Source: an uncultured Cuneatibacter sp.
GTDB lineage: Bacteria; Bacillota; Clostridia; Lachnospirales; Lachnospiraceae
Direction of reading: 5' to 3'
Assembly (NCBI GenBank): GCA_964426655.1
Contig: CAYRQT010000004.1
Location: forward strand, 37,047-101,046
DNA: 64,000 bases
In this document: positions 1 to 9,051 of the stretch, one piece after another
How positions within the stretch are numbered: position 1 is the stretch's first letter
How the letters are laid out: each line of letters opens with the position of its first letter
The notes under the pieces: generated by a model
Told to the model about the DNA's origin: nothing
What the model saw: only the letters and a program-made list of their open reading frames with translations
Database searches by the model: none
Program-made: the position numbers and the translations under genes

Positions 1-2
1 TA

Positions 3-1598
3 GTTGTTGCAGACGATGAAGAAGAACTAAGAAAAGCTATTTTGCGGAAAATGGATTGGTCAGGCATCGGATTTGAAGTGGTGGGAGAAGCCGAAAACGG
101 TGTGGAGGCTTTGGAGCTGGTGGAGAAGAAGGAGCCGGATCTTCTATTAACCGATATCCGTATGCCTTTTATTTCCGGCATCGAACTGGCCCGTCAGGTG
201 CGAGAGGTGCGTCCTGCCACGCAGATCGTTTTTCTTAGCGGATATGACGACTTTACCTATGCCCAGCAGGCCATTCAGTACAACATCATCAGTTACCTGT
301 TAAAGCCTATTTCCATGGAGGAGCTCACAGGGGCTCTGATTCAGGTGCGCCAGAAAATGGATAAGCAATTTGCAGAGTTTGCAGATATCCGACAGGCGGG
401 AGAAGGGGAAATCAACTATCTGATTCCCCTGTTGCTGGATGATATGCAGACGGATTATTCCCAGGAAAGGGAAAGGCTCCTATTGGAGCAGGCCTGTCAG
501 CATGGCCTTTTGCGGGAAAACAGCCACTTTCAGTATTGTGTCATTATCACGGTGATACGGGATGCCCAGGGAAATAATGTTACGAATCCGGCAAATGTGC
601 ATGCTATTAATTCTATTCTGCATAAATATTTGCGGTTTAGGAGTTTCTTCAGTGAGAATAAAGTGATTTCTCTGGTAATGGGAACGACAGCGGCCCTTCA
701 GAAATACCTGCACATTCTTGCAGGGGAAATTGTGCAGAGCATGGAACGAATTCTCCATGTCCGTTGTGTTATGGGAATTAGTCGTCCTGTAGACAGACTG
801 GTGCTTTTGCATGAAGAATACAGGGAGGCCATAAATGCCATGGGGTATGCGGGCAATGCCAGCAGTGGGGTGCATTATATTTCAGATGAAGAGCCTTCTG
901 CCGACATGGATGCGGAAAACCTGCAGGCGATGGTCACAGAGGTGGAGAGCCTGATCAGAGGAGGGTCCGGAGCGCAGCTGGAAGAATGCCTGCATCGGCT
1001 GTTTGCAAATGTGGAAACCCACATGCTTTCCCGGGTGCAGCTTAATTTTCTTTTCCTGCAGATTCTATCTGCTGTAAGCCGTATCTTGTATGCGGTTTCG
1101 GAAGAAGATCCCAGTGCAGAACTGGCAGAGGATTTCTTTTTTAAGCGGATGCACATGTTTGACGGCAACATGGAAGAAATTGAAGAACGGGTGGCAAAGT
1201 TTTGTAAAGAGGCCAGAGATCTGGTGGCAGATAAGCGTAAGAAAAGTAGCGAAATATTGACGGACAGGGCATTGCAACTGATTGATACCCGGTATATGGA
1301 CGTCAACCTATCCCTGGTCTGTGTGAGTCAGGAAATTGGCGTCAGCCCCAATTATCTGAGTAGTTTGATCAAAAAACACACGGGGCAGACATTTGTGGAT
1401 CTGTTGACCCGGAGAAGAGTGGATGAGGCTAGAAAATTAATTTTGACAACTTCCATGAAAATCAGGGAAATATCAGAAAGATGTGGCTACAGCGATCAAC
1501 ATTATTTTAGCTACTGTTTTAAAAAGTATGTGGGGCAGTCTCCTGCAGCCATGCGGCAGGAAAGAAGTATGTCCTCTGCAGAGGGAGGGCAGCCATGA
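3..1598 (+). CDS. Two-component response regulator, receiver domain plus AraC-type HTH output (YesN-like); 5' end lies outside the window
   Basis: Frame-3 ORF is open from the first bases of the window (VVADDEEELRKAILRK...), so the start codon is upstream. Receiver motifs (LLLTDIRMP, LLKP) and a C-terminal AraC/XylS HTH (IREISERCGYSDQHYFSYCFKKYVGQSP). Stop overlaps the next start (ATGA). Confidence 0.9.
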   Translation, partial: VVADDEEELRKAILRKMDWSGIGFEVVGEAENGVEALELVEKKEPDLLLTDIRMPFISGIELARQVREVRPATQIVFLSGYDDFTYAQQAIQYNIISYLLKPISMEELTGALIQVRQKMDKQFAEFADIRQAGEGEINYLIPLLLDDMQTDYSQERERLLLEQACQHGLLRENSHFQYCVIITVIRDAQGNNVTNPANVHAINSILHKYLRFRSFFSENKVISLVMGTTAALQKYLHILAGEIVQSMERILHVRCVMGISRPVDRLVLLHEEYREAINAMGYAGNASSGVHYISDEEPSADMDAENLQAMVTEVESLIRGGSGAQLEECLHRLFANVETHMLSRVQLNFLFLQILSAVSRILYAVSEEDPSAELAEDFFFKRMHMFDGNMEEIEERVAKFCKEARDLVADKRKKSSEILTDRALQLIDTRYMDVNLSLVCVSQEIGVSPNYLSSLIKKHTGQTFVDLLTRRRVDEARKLILTTSMKIREISERCGYSDQHYFSYCFKKYVGQSPAAMRQERSMSSAEGGQP

Positions 1599-3328
1599 AA
1601 AAAAGAAAATGGGAGTGCCATTTTAAAAAGCCACTGTCTTTACCGGTCATTATGATGATTTTGATTATGGGAATGGTGGCCGCAGCAGTGCTGACCAGTA
1701 TGTTCATTTTTATGGTGGTCTATCAGAATTCCATGAAACAGGATGCAGTCACAGCCAGCAGTCAGGCGGTGGTGCAGGCCTCCAATGCAGTGGAATCCTA
1801 TTTGGATGACATGTATGAGGTAATGGATCAGATCAGCCAATATTATCAAGAGGATAAAGAAGATAAAGCATATCTGATGGAGTCCCTGGTGGAACTGCGA
1901 ACTGATGTGGCGGCTTTGACGGTATATTCAGAAAGTGGGGTGATGGAGGAAGCCTACACAGGAACGCAGACATTAAAGGAGAATATCTTTAAGAATCTAT
2001 CCTGGGATGTGGGTGTCTCTTATTCGAAAGAGGAAGTGAATGTGAGCCGTCCCCATGTGGAAACCCTGCTCCAAAATTACTTCCCCTGGGTGGTGTCGAT
2101 CTCCAAAGATATGCTGCAGGAAGATGGCACCACGGTAAGGGTGATCATGGATATTAAATTTTCTCAAATTGCTGATTACGTAGATGATGTGGGCATTGGG
2201 CAGCATGGATACTGCTTTATCATGGATGCGCAGGGGACCATCATATATCATCCACAGCAGCAGTTGATTTTTTCTGGACTAAAATCGGAAAATACAGAGA
2301 AATTGTCCGGGCTGGAAGGGGCCATGCTGGATGATAACGTTATTTATACCGTGAATGGCCTGGATAATAGTGAATGGAAGGTGGTGGGTGTCAGTTATGT
2401 GGATGAATTAATTGCCAGCAGAACACAAAGGGTTGTTTTTTATAATCTTTTTTTGCTTCTTGCAGTGGTACTGGCGACTTTTCTCATCAGTTACTGGCTG
2501 AGCCATTACATTTCCAAACCCATTCGAAGCCTGATTCATGCCATGAAGGATTTTGAAAGGAACGCAGAAAATTTCTCTTTTCAGGCCATTCAGGGAAGTA
2601 AAGAAATGATAGATCTGTCAAATTCCTTTGACCATATGGTGTATCGGATTCAGAAGCTGATGAATCAGGTGCGTCAGGAAGAAATTACCCTGAAAAAAAC
2701 GGAGCTTAAGGCACTGCAGGCCCAGATTAATCCTCATTTTCTGTATAATACGTTAGATGCCATTGGTTGGTTGTGTGAAGAAGAAAGAAATGAGGATGCA
2801 GTTAAGATGGTAAATGCACTGGCAAAGCTGTTCCGCATTTCCATCAGCAGGGGAAAGGAAATGATTCCTATCCGGGATGAGCTGGAGCATGCTTCCCGTT
2901 ACCTGCAAATCGAGAAATTCAGATACAAAAATCAGTTCACATACACCTTTCAGGTGGATGAAAGCTGCCTGGAGTATTATTGCAATAAAATAACCCTGCA
3001 GCCCATTATTGAAAATGCCATTTACCATGGGCTGAACCGGATGGTGGATGAAGGAGAAATCCATATAGTGCTGAAAAGCGAGGAAAATGATATTATATTT
3101 CTGATCACGGACAATGGGGTGGGGATGCGTCCGGAAGAAGCAGAAGGCATCCTGAATCGGGAACCGGGTGATCTAACAGGAATCGGCATAAAAAATGTGA
3201 ATGATCGCATTAAAATATATTTTGGGGAGAAATACGGGCTGACCATCCAAAGTGAATTAGATGAGGGAACACAGGTCACCATCCGCATGCCAAAGGTGAG
3301 AAAGGAGGATATCCATGAAGGGAAGTAG
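1595..3328 (+). CDS. Sensor histidine kinase, YesM/LytS-like (TM - extracytoplasmic domain - TM - HAMP - His_kinase - HATPase_c)
   Basis: Two hydrophobic segments flank a ~270 aa outside domain. Histidine box LQAQINPHFLYNTLD and ATPase motifs ITDNGVGM / GIGIKNV. Translationally coupled to both neighbours. Confidence 0.9.
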   Translation: MKKRKWECHFKKPLSLPVIMMILIMGMVAAAVLTSMFIFMVVYQNSMKQDAVTASSQAVVQASNAVESYLDDMYEVMDQISQYYQEDKEDKAYLMESLVELRTDVAALTVYSESGVMEEAYTGTQTLKENIFKNLSWDVGVSYSKEEVNVSRPHVETLLQNYFPWVVSISKDMLQEDGTTVRVIMDIKFSQIADYVDDVGIGQHGYCFIMDAQGTIIYHPQQQLIFSGLKSENTEKLSGLEGAMLDDNVIYTVNGLDNSEWKVVGVSYVDELIASRTQRVVFYNLFLLLAVVLATFLISYWLSHYISKPIRSLIHAMKDFERNAENFSFQAIQGSKEMIDLSNSFDHMVYRIQKLMNQVRQEEITLKKTELKALQAQINPHFLYNTLDAIGWLCEEERNEDAVKMVNALAKLFRISISRGKEMIPIRDELEHASRYLQIEKFRYKNQFTYTFQVDESCLEYYCNKITLQPIIENAIYHGLNRMVDEGEIHIVLKSEENDIIFLITDNGVGMRPEEAEGILNREPGDLTGIGIKNVNDRIKIYFGEKYGLTIQSELDEGTQVTIRMPKVRKEDIHEGK

Positions 3329-4283
3329 CGGAAAAATGGGCGCAGTGGCAGTTGTCTGCGCACTGTTTCTGAGTGGATGTGCCAATTCAGCCACAGCAGA
3401 TAAACCATATTTGGCTTTTGTGGTTAAATCCACTGTATCTGCCTTTTGGCAAAGTGTCTACGCTGGCGCAAAATCAGCCTCCGCAGAATACAATGTGGAT
3501 ATTACCTTTCAGGGACCGGAATATGAGGAAGATAGTATCACCCAGAATTTATATGTGCATGAAGCCTTGGAGAATGGGGCAGATGTGATCGTACTGTCCG
3601 CCACAGGATATGAGGCCAATGCTTCTGCCGTGGAAGAAGCGGTGAATAAGGGGGTTCAGGTGGTCGTTATTGACAGTAATGTGAATTCCTCATTGATTTC
3701 CAGCTATATTGGAACGGATAATTATGAAGCAGGTAAAATGGCGGCAGAAGCGGCCCTGGACACAGATGAAGAAGATATTCATGTGGGGGTTGTTAATTAT
3801 GGGGTCAGTTCTTTTAACGGACAGGAAAGAGAGCGGGGGCTGCGGGAAGTATTACAAGAGGATGAAAGGGTCAAATCCATTATCACCACAAATGTGGTAT
3901 CCACTACGGAGGAGGCCAAAGCAGGAACCATTGCTCTTTTAAATGATAATCCGGAAATCAATGTAATTGTCACCTTCAATGAGTGGACAAGCCTGGGAGT
4001 GGGGTATGCCATTCAGGAGCTTGGGCTGGCAGATACCACGCATGTGGTGGCCTTTGACAGCAATGTGGTTTCTGTGGGTATGTTGGAATCTGGGGAGGTG
4101 GATGCTTTAATTGTGCAGAATCCCTATGCCATGGGCTATTTTGGGGTTGAAAATGCGTATAAGCTGCTTTACGGGAAAAAAGTAGATACTCAGGTGGATA
4201 CATCCACCACGCTGGTGACAAGGGATAACATGTATTCTGAGGAATGCCAGAGAATTTTGTTTTCCTTTGGAGAGATGCAGTAG
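3315..4283 (+). CDS. Sugar-binding lipoprotein of the ribose/galactose periplasmic-binding-protein fold, probable ligand sensor partner of the kinase
   Basis: Lipobox LSGC after a signal peptide. PBP type-1 motifs (VVLSATGYEA, VVVIDSNV, IGTDNYEAG). Start overlaps the kinase stop by 14 nt, and it has no permease or ATPase of its own. Confidence 0.8.
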   Translation: MKGSSGKMGAVAVVCALFLSGCANSATADKPYLAFVVKSTVSAFWQSVYAGAKSASAEYNVDITFQGPEYEEDSITQNLYVHEALENGADVIVLSATGYEANASAVEEAVNKGVQVVVIDSNVNSSLISSYIGTDNYEAGKMAAEAALDTDEEDIHVGVVNYGVSSFNGQERERGLREVLQEDERVKSIITTNVVSTTEEAKAGTIALLNDNPEINVIVTFNEWTSLGVGYAIQELGLADTTHVVAFDSNVVSVGMLESGEVDALIVQNPYAMGYFGVENAYKLLYGKKVDTQVDTSTTLVTRDNMYSEECQRILFSFGEMQ

Positions 4284-4342
4284 AATTTTATACCTTCTTC
4301 ATAATATTTTGCAAAGATTTTTAAAACAGACTTCCGTATAAT

Positions 4343-4400
4343 GTGTTCAGTGAGAGGGAATCCCCGGGGAGGGAGACACCCTTAACTGGACACATTTTTT
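4343..4400 (+). terminator. Hairpin plus T6 between the sensor operon and mglB
   Basis: Outer stem GTGTTCAGT (4343-4351) / ACTGGACAC (4385-4393) with one G-T wobble, a GC-rich interior, then ATTTTTT (4394-4400). Confidence 0.5.
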
Positions 4401-4415
4401 ATAAGGAGGTTTACT

Positions 4416-5507
4416 ATGAAAAAAAGACTTTTGGCACTGGGGCTTGCGAGCTGTATGTTATTTGGGGTGACAGCATGCAGTAAGAAAGCAGACGAAACAA
4501 AGGATGTAGCGGTATTCTACTATACTTATAGCGATACCTATATTTCCAGCGTGCGTACGGCAATGGACGCAGCTTTGGATGAAGCAGGCATCAAATATCA
4601 GAATTATGATTCCAACTCCAACCAGACCACCCAGAATGAGCAGATTGATACCGCTATCAGCCAGGGAGCTGACCTGTTGGTGGTAAATATTGTTACATCC
4701 GGTTCTGTGGATGCTTCACAGGCTATTGTGGATAAAGCAGAAGCTGCAGGCATTCCGGTTATTTTCTTTAACCGTGCAGTGGAAACAGATGATGAAGAAG
4801 GTGTGGTTCTTGGCAGCTATGATGATGTGGCTTTCGTAGGAACAGATGCACCGGAAGCAGGTCATATGCAGGGGCAGATGATTGGCAACTATCTGGTAGA
4901 AAATTTTGATGCAGTGGATTTGAATGGCGATGGTGAAATCAGCTATGCCATGTTTATGGGACAGCTGGGAAATGTAGAAGCTATCTATCGTACACAATAT
5001 AGTGTAGAGGATGCCAACGCTGTTTTAACAGAAAATGGTCTTCCAGAACTGGTATACTTTGACAGTTCCAATTCCGATAAATATCAGGTGGATCAGGATG
5101 GAAACTGGAGCGCAACTGCAGCCAATAACTATATGACCACTAACCTGGCACAGTACAATGAAGATAATGACAACATGATTGAATTGATCATCTGCAACAA
5201 TGATGGTATGGCAGAAGGTGTTATTTCTGCACTGAATGATAAGGGCTACAACACCGGAGAGGCAGGCAGCACCACCATTCCTGTGTTCGGCGTGGATGCT
5301 ACAGATGCTGCGAAACAGCTGATCGCTGATGGAAAGATGACTGGTACCATCAAACAGGATGCAGAGGGTATGGCAGCTGGTATTGTACAGCTGGTACAGA
5401 ATGTGGTAGATGGTAAGGAATTGCTGGCAGATACCGACAATCTGAACAAGTCTGAAACACTGGCAAATAAGATTTACATCCCTTATGCAGAATATACTGG
5501 TGAATAA
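4416..5507 (+). CDS. mglB: Galactose/glucose ABC transporter substrate-binding lipoprotein
   Basis: Lipobox VTAC. Reads as collinear with E. coli MglB from memory (SNQTTQNEQIDTAISQGADLLVVN, IPVIFFNR, FVGTDAPEAGHMQG, DLNGDGEISY, ICNNDGMA, IPVFGVDA). RBS AAGGAGG 7 nt upstream. Confidence 0.88.
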   Translation: MKKRLLALGLASCMLFGVTACSKKADETKDVAVFYYTYSDTYISSVRTAMDAALDEAGIKYQNYDSNSNQTTQNEQIDTAISQGADLLVVNIVTSGSVDASQAIVDKAEAAGIPVIFFNRAVETDDEEGVVLGSYDDVAFVGTDAPEAGHMQGQMIGNYLVENFDAVDLNGDGEISYAMFMGQLGNVEAIYRTQYSVEDANAVLTENGLPELVYFDSSNSDKYQVDQDGNWSATAANNYMTTNLAQYNEDNDNMIELIICNNDGMAEGVISALNDKGYNTGEAGSTTIPVFGVDATDAAKQLIADGKMTGTIKQDAEGMAAGIVQLVQNVVDGKELLADTDNLNKSETLANKIYIPYAEYTGE

Positions 5508-5526
5508 GGAAATATCACATCAGAGC

Positions 5527-5560
5527 CTCACGGAATCTTCGGATTCCGTGGGAGCTTTTT
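5527..5560 (+). terminator. Intra-operon attenuating hairpin between mglB and mglA
   Basis: 11-bp stem CTCACGGAATC / GATTCCGTGGG closed by a TTCG tetraloop, followed by AGCTTTTTA. This is the usual arrangement giving binding protein in excess over ATPase and permease. Confidence 0.6.
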
Positions 5561-5608
5561 AGGAAGGGGTGACTTGTCATAAACGGCTCAGAAAAAGTAC
5601 TCTTAAAA

Positions 5609-7084
5609 ATGGTAGACATTTGCAAGGAATTTCCCGGTGTGCGGGCGTTGGATCATGTGCATTTGGAGGTGAAGGCAGGCACTGTGCATGCGTTGATGGG
5701 TGAGAATGGTGCAGGAAAGTCTACACTGATGAAATGTCTGTTTGGAATTTATTCCAAAGATTATGGAAATATTTATCTGGATGACAAAGAAATTAATTTT
5801 AAAAATTCCAAGGAAGCCCTGGAAAATGGGGTGGCCATGGTGCATCAGGAGCTGAATCAGGCCCTGAAAAGAAATGTAATGGACAACATCTGGCTGGGTC
5901 GTTATCCCCTGACGGCCGGCATGTTCGTAGATGAGAAAAAAATGTATAACGATACAAAGGGGATTTTTGACGAGCTTGGTATACATGTTGACCCCAAGCG
6001 CATAATGTCCACGATGCCTGTCTCTCAGCGGCAGATGGTGGAAATTGCAAAAGCGGTCTCCTTCCATTCGAAAATCATTGTGTTTGATGAACCTACCTCT
6101 TCTTTAACGGAAAGAGAAGTGGAGCAGCTTTTCCGTATCATTAATATGTTACGTGATCAGGGCTGCGGCATCATCTACATTTCCCATAAGATGGCAGAAA
6201 TTCTGCGGATATCTGATGAAGTTACGGTAATGCGTGACGGGACCTGGGTGGCTACGGAGCCTGCTTCGTCCCTGACCACGGAAAAAATCATTAAATTGAT
6301 GGTTGGAAGGGAATTGAATAATCAGTTCCCCCCTAAGGACAATGTGCCTGGGCAGGTAGCCTTAGAAGTGGATAACCTTACTGCGCAGTACTCTCTCTTA
6401 AAAGATGTGAAACTATCCGTAAAAGAGGGGGAAATTCTTGGACTGGCAGGGCTGGATGGCAGTGGAAGAACCGAAACCCTGGAGAGTATTTTTGGGATTG
6501 CCACCCGCAAGTCCGGAAAAATCACTTTGCATGGTAAATCATGCCTTAATAGGAACTCCAGAGAATCTATTAAAAATGGATTTGCTCTTTTAACAGAAGA
6601 ACGGCGTGCGACCGGAATTTTCGGAATTTTGAATATTCGGGAAAATACGGTAATTTCCAGTTTAAAGAAACACCTTCGGTTTGGGCTGTATCTAAGTGAA
6701 AAGTCTATGAAAAAGGATACGGAGTGGTCTATCAATGCCATGCGGACAAAAACCCCTTCCCAGGAGCAGAAAATCAGAAATTTATCTGGTGGAAACCAGC
6801 AAAAGGTCATACTGGGAAGATGGCTGTTAACGGACCCGGAGGTCCTTCTTTTAGATGAACCGACTCGGGGGATCGATGTAGGGGCAAAATACGAAATATA
6901 TCAGATGATTATTGACCTGGCCAAAAAGGGAAAAGTAATCATTATGGTATCTTCTGAAATGCCGGAACTGTTAGGCGTATGTGACCGGATCCTGGTAATG
7001 TCCGGTGGAAGAGTAGCCGGTCAGGTGGATGCCCGCAACACGACCCAGGAAGAAATTATGGCGCTTGCCGCAAAATATGTATAA
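5609..7084 (+). CDS. mglA: Galactose/methyl-galactoside ABC importer, duplicated ATP-binding protein
   Basis: Two Walker A / signature / Walker B sets (GENGAGKST ... LSGGNQQKV ... [11 protein letters not shown]). Reads as collinear with E. coli MglA from memory. The real start is probably ~10 codons upstream of ATG 5609 (see finding); the frame is open from 5573. Confidence 0.92.
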   Translation: MVDICKEFPGVRALDHVHLEVKAGTVHALMGENGAGKSTLMKCLFGIYSKDYGNIYLDDKEINFKNSKEALENGVAMVHQELNQALKRNVMDNIWLGRYPLTAGMFVDEKKMYNDTKGIFDELGIHVDPKRIMSTMPVSQRQMVEIAKAVSFHSKIIVFDEPTSSLTEREVEQLFRIINMLRDQGCGIIYISHKMAEILRISDEVTVMRDGTWVATEPASSLTTEKIIKLMVGRELNNQFPPKDNVPGQVALEVDNLTAQYSLLKDVKLSVKEGEILGLAGLDGSGRTETLESIFGIATRKSGKITLHGKSCLNRNSRESIKNGFALLTEERRATGIFGILNIRENTVISSLKKHLRFGLYLSEKSMKKDTEWSINAMRTKTPSQEQKIRNLSGGNQQKVILGRWLLTDPEVLLLDEPTRGIDVGAKYEIYQMIIDLAKKGKVIIMVSSEMPELLGVCDRILVMSGGRVAGQVDARNTTQEEIMALAAKYV

Positions 7085-7098
7085 AGGAGGTCAGGACA

Positions 7099-8181
7099 TT
7101 GAAGGCTATCGAAAAATGGCAAAGCAATCTGAAAAATCGTCTTGATGAATATAAAGCACTGGATGGCAAAGAAAAATGGGCGTACTGGAAAGAATTTCTG
7201 ATTAAGAATGCACTATACATTCTTTTGATCATCGCGATCATCTATACCTATTTTCAGAACAGCCGCTTTTTGGGAACGGCATCTATTATTAATATTGTCA
7301 GTCTGTCAGCAGCCAATCTGCCTATTGCACTAGGCATTGCGGGAACCATTGTGCTTACCGGTACTGACCTTTCAGCAGGGCGTGTAGTTGGACTGACTGC
7401 CTGTGTTTCTGCTTCCCTGTTGCAGTCTGTGACCTATGCCTCCAAAATGTTTCCCAACTTGGGGGTTGTTCCCATTCCACTGGTCATCCTTTTGGTCATT
7501 ATCATTGGAGCAATAGTTGGTTATGTCAATGGGTTCTTTATTGCAAAGTTCCAGTTGCATCCCTTTATTGTTACTCTGGCTACGCAGCTGATTGTGTATG
7601 GCTTGCTGCTGATGTACATTATGCTGAATGGAAATAATGGACAGCCGCTTTCGGGACTGGATAAATCCTATAAGACTTTTGTAACTGGAAGCATTCTCTC
7701 TGTAGCAGGAGTGCCCATTCCCAATTATGTGTGGTTTGCAGTAATCACGGTCATTTTCATGTGGTTTGTCTGGAATAAGACTACTTTTGGGAAAAATATG
7801 TTTGCAGTAGGTTCTAACCCGGAGGCAGCAAATGTATCCGGTGTCAATGTAATGCGAACAACCATTTTGGTGCATACCCTGGCAGGTGTGATGTATGCCA
7901 TCACCGGATTCATTGAATCCGCCCGTATTGGATCCAATACGGCCCAGACAGGACTGAACTATGAAGCAGATGCCATTGCAGCCTGCGTAATCGGCGGAGT
8001 GTCCTTTGTAGGTGGTACCGGAAAAATCAGCGGTGTAATCACCGGTGTTTTCCTGCTGAGAATTATCTTTGTGGCACTCAATTTCCTGTCCATTAATGCT
8101 AACCTGCAGTATGTGATCAAGGGACTGATTATTTTGGTGGCCTGTGCCATTGATATGAGAAAATATCTGGTACGCAAATAA
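7099..8181 (+). CDS. mglC: Galactoside ABC transporter permease
   Basis: TTG start 8 nt after AAGGAGG. About 9-10 TM segments and the BPD_transp_2 family signature region (GTDLSAGRVVGL, FAVGSNPEAANVSGVNV). Confidence 0.88.
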   Translation: MKAIEKWQSNLKNRLDEYKALDGKEKWAYWKEFLIKNALYILLIIAIIYTYFQNSRFLGTASIINIVSLSAANLPIALGIAGTIVLTGTDLSAGRVVGLTACVSASLLQSVTYASKMFPNLGVVPIPLVILLVIIIGAIVGYVNGFFIAKFQLHPFIVTLATQLIVYGLLLMYIMLNGNNGQPLSGLDKSYKTFVTGSILSVAGVPIPNYVWFAVITVIFMWFVWNKTTFGKNMFAVGSNPEAANVSGVNVMRTTILVHTLAGVMYAITGFIESARIGSNTAQTGLNYEADAIAACVIGGVSFVGGTGKISGVITGVFLLRIIFVALNFLSINANLQYVIKGLIILVACAIDMRKYLVRK

Positions 8182-8192
8182 GGAGGGATCGG

Positions 8193-8306
8193 ATGAACTT
8201 TTACGAAAAGGTAAAAATATCTGTAAAGGCATTAGACAGACTGATTGTAGGAGGCATTATTGCCATCTGCCTGCTGCTTCTGGCCTCACAAACCATTTTT
8301 CATTAA
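8193..8306 (+). CDS. 37-aa single-TM micro-protein (MNFYEKVKISVKALDRLIVGGIIAICLLLLASQTIFH), below the ORF-track cutoff
   Basis: ATG 5 nt after a strong AAGGAGGG RBS, 11 nt after the mglC stop. Hydrophobic core IVGGIIAICLLLLA. The operon terminator follows at 8365-8406. Confidence 0.45.
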   Translation: MNFYEKVKISVKALDRLIVGGIIAICLLLLASQTIFH

Positions 8307-8364
8307 TTTCGCTGACCTATTTCATTTTTTCATAAACTCTCTTTCTCAAATGTTTTATCAGAAG

Positions 8365-8406
8365 AGGTATGCCTTTTTCGTGCGCGGAGGGGCATGCCTT
8401 TTCTGC
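8365..8406 (+). terminator. Intrinsic terminator of the mgl operon
   Basis: AGGTATGCC ... GGCATGCCT stem (one G-T wobble) followed by TTTTCTGC. Confidence 0.6.
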
Positions 8407-8413
8407 ATTCTTC

Positions 8414-8441
8414 TTGACAGTGGGAAGAAAAGGCATACAAT
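8414..8441 (+). promoter_or_regulatory. Sigma-A-type promoter for the DUF1569-like gene
   Basis: TTGACA (8414-8419), 16-nt spacer, TACAAT (8436-8441). Confidence 0.55.
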
Positions 8442-8479
8442 AAAGTGAAAAAGTATATTTTCGGAAAGGGGAATGCAGT

Positions 8480-8917
8480 ATGATATTTGCATCGTTGGAA
8501 GAGGCCCAAAAAGGCATCGAGAATTTAGAAGAGAAAGATGTGCCAAAGGTGGAGGGCTGGACCCCTTATCACACACTGGTGCATTGTGCCCAGACCATTG
8601 CATTCAGTATGGAGGGCTACCCGGAGATGAAACCGGCAATCATCAGAGGGACCATAGGAAAGCTGGCCCTTCATGTTTTTTTGAAAAAGGGGGCAATGCG
8701 ACATAATCTTACAGCAGATGTGCCGGGGCTGGCGTGGAAGGAACAGGAGGGAACTTTTCAGGAGGGGAAAAAAATTCTCGGGCAGAGCATTTCCGATTTT
8801 TTGCAATATAAGGGGGAATTAAAGCCTCATTTGCTTTTTGGAAACATGTCTTTCTCAGAGTATAACAGGTATTTTGCCATGCATCTGACAGACCACCTGT
8901 CATCACGGGAAGTTTGA
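8480..8917 (+). CDS. DinB-fold / DUF1569-like protein
   Basis: 145 aa. The helical-bundle pattern with conserved His positions (HTLVHCAQTI ... FAMHLTDHL) and the FGNMSFSEY segment resemble DUF1569, from memory. Confidence 0.5.
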   Translation: MIFASLEEAQKGIENLEEKDVPKVEGWTPYHTLVHCAQTIAFSMEGYPEMKPAIIRGTIGKLALHVFLKKGAMRHNLTADVPGLAWKEQEGTFQEGKKILGQSISDFLQYKGELKPHLLFGNMSFSEYNRYFAMHLTDHLSSREV

Positions 8918-8936
8918 AAAAATAAGCAAATATAAG

Positions 8937-8960
8937 AAGCAGCCGAAAGGCTGCTTTTTA
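8937..8960 (+). terminator. Intrinsic terminator
   Basis: AAGCAGCC-GAAA-GGCTGCTT followed by TTTA. Confidence 0.7.
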
Positions 8961-8967
8961 TGTTGTC

Positions 8968-9022
8968 TTTACTTCCATTTTAGATGCAACCCATCAGGGG
9001 ATTTACATTAATTCCGTATAAT
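8968..9022 (+). promoter_or_regulatory. -10 box without a -35, preceded by 11-bp-phased TTTACN hexamers (Pho-box-like)
   Basis: TTTACT 8968, TTTAGA 8979, (CCCATC 8990), TTTACA 9002, then TATAAT 9017-9022. No TTGACA-like hexamer at the -35 position. Confidence 0.35.
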
Positions 9023-9051
9023 GTCTCAAGAATGAATAAGGAGCGGCACAA

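Noticed and set aside
4332-4344. Identical 13-mer TTCCGTATAATGT at 4332-4344 (mglB promoter) and 9012-9024 (anchor/phosphatase promoter)
   Set aside because: Six of the 13 nt are the -10 consensus and the flanks are otherwise dissimilar. One such coincidence among the many TATAAT boxes in 64 kb is plausible. I kept it only as a note.
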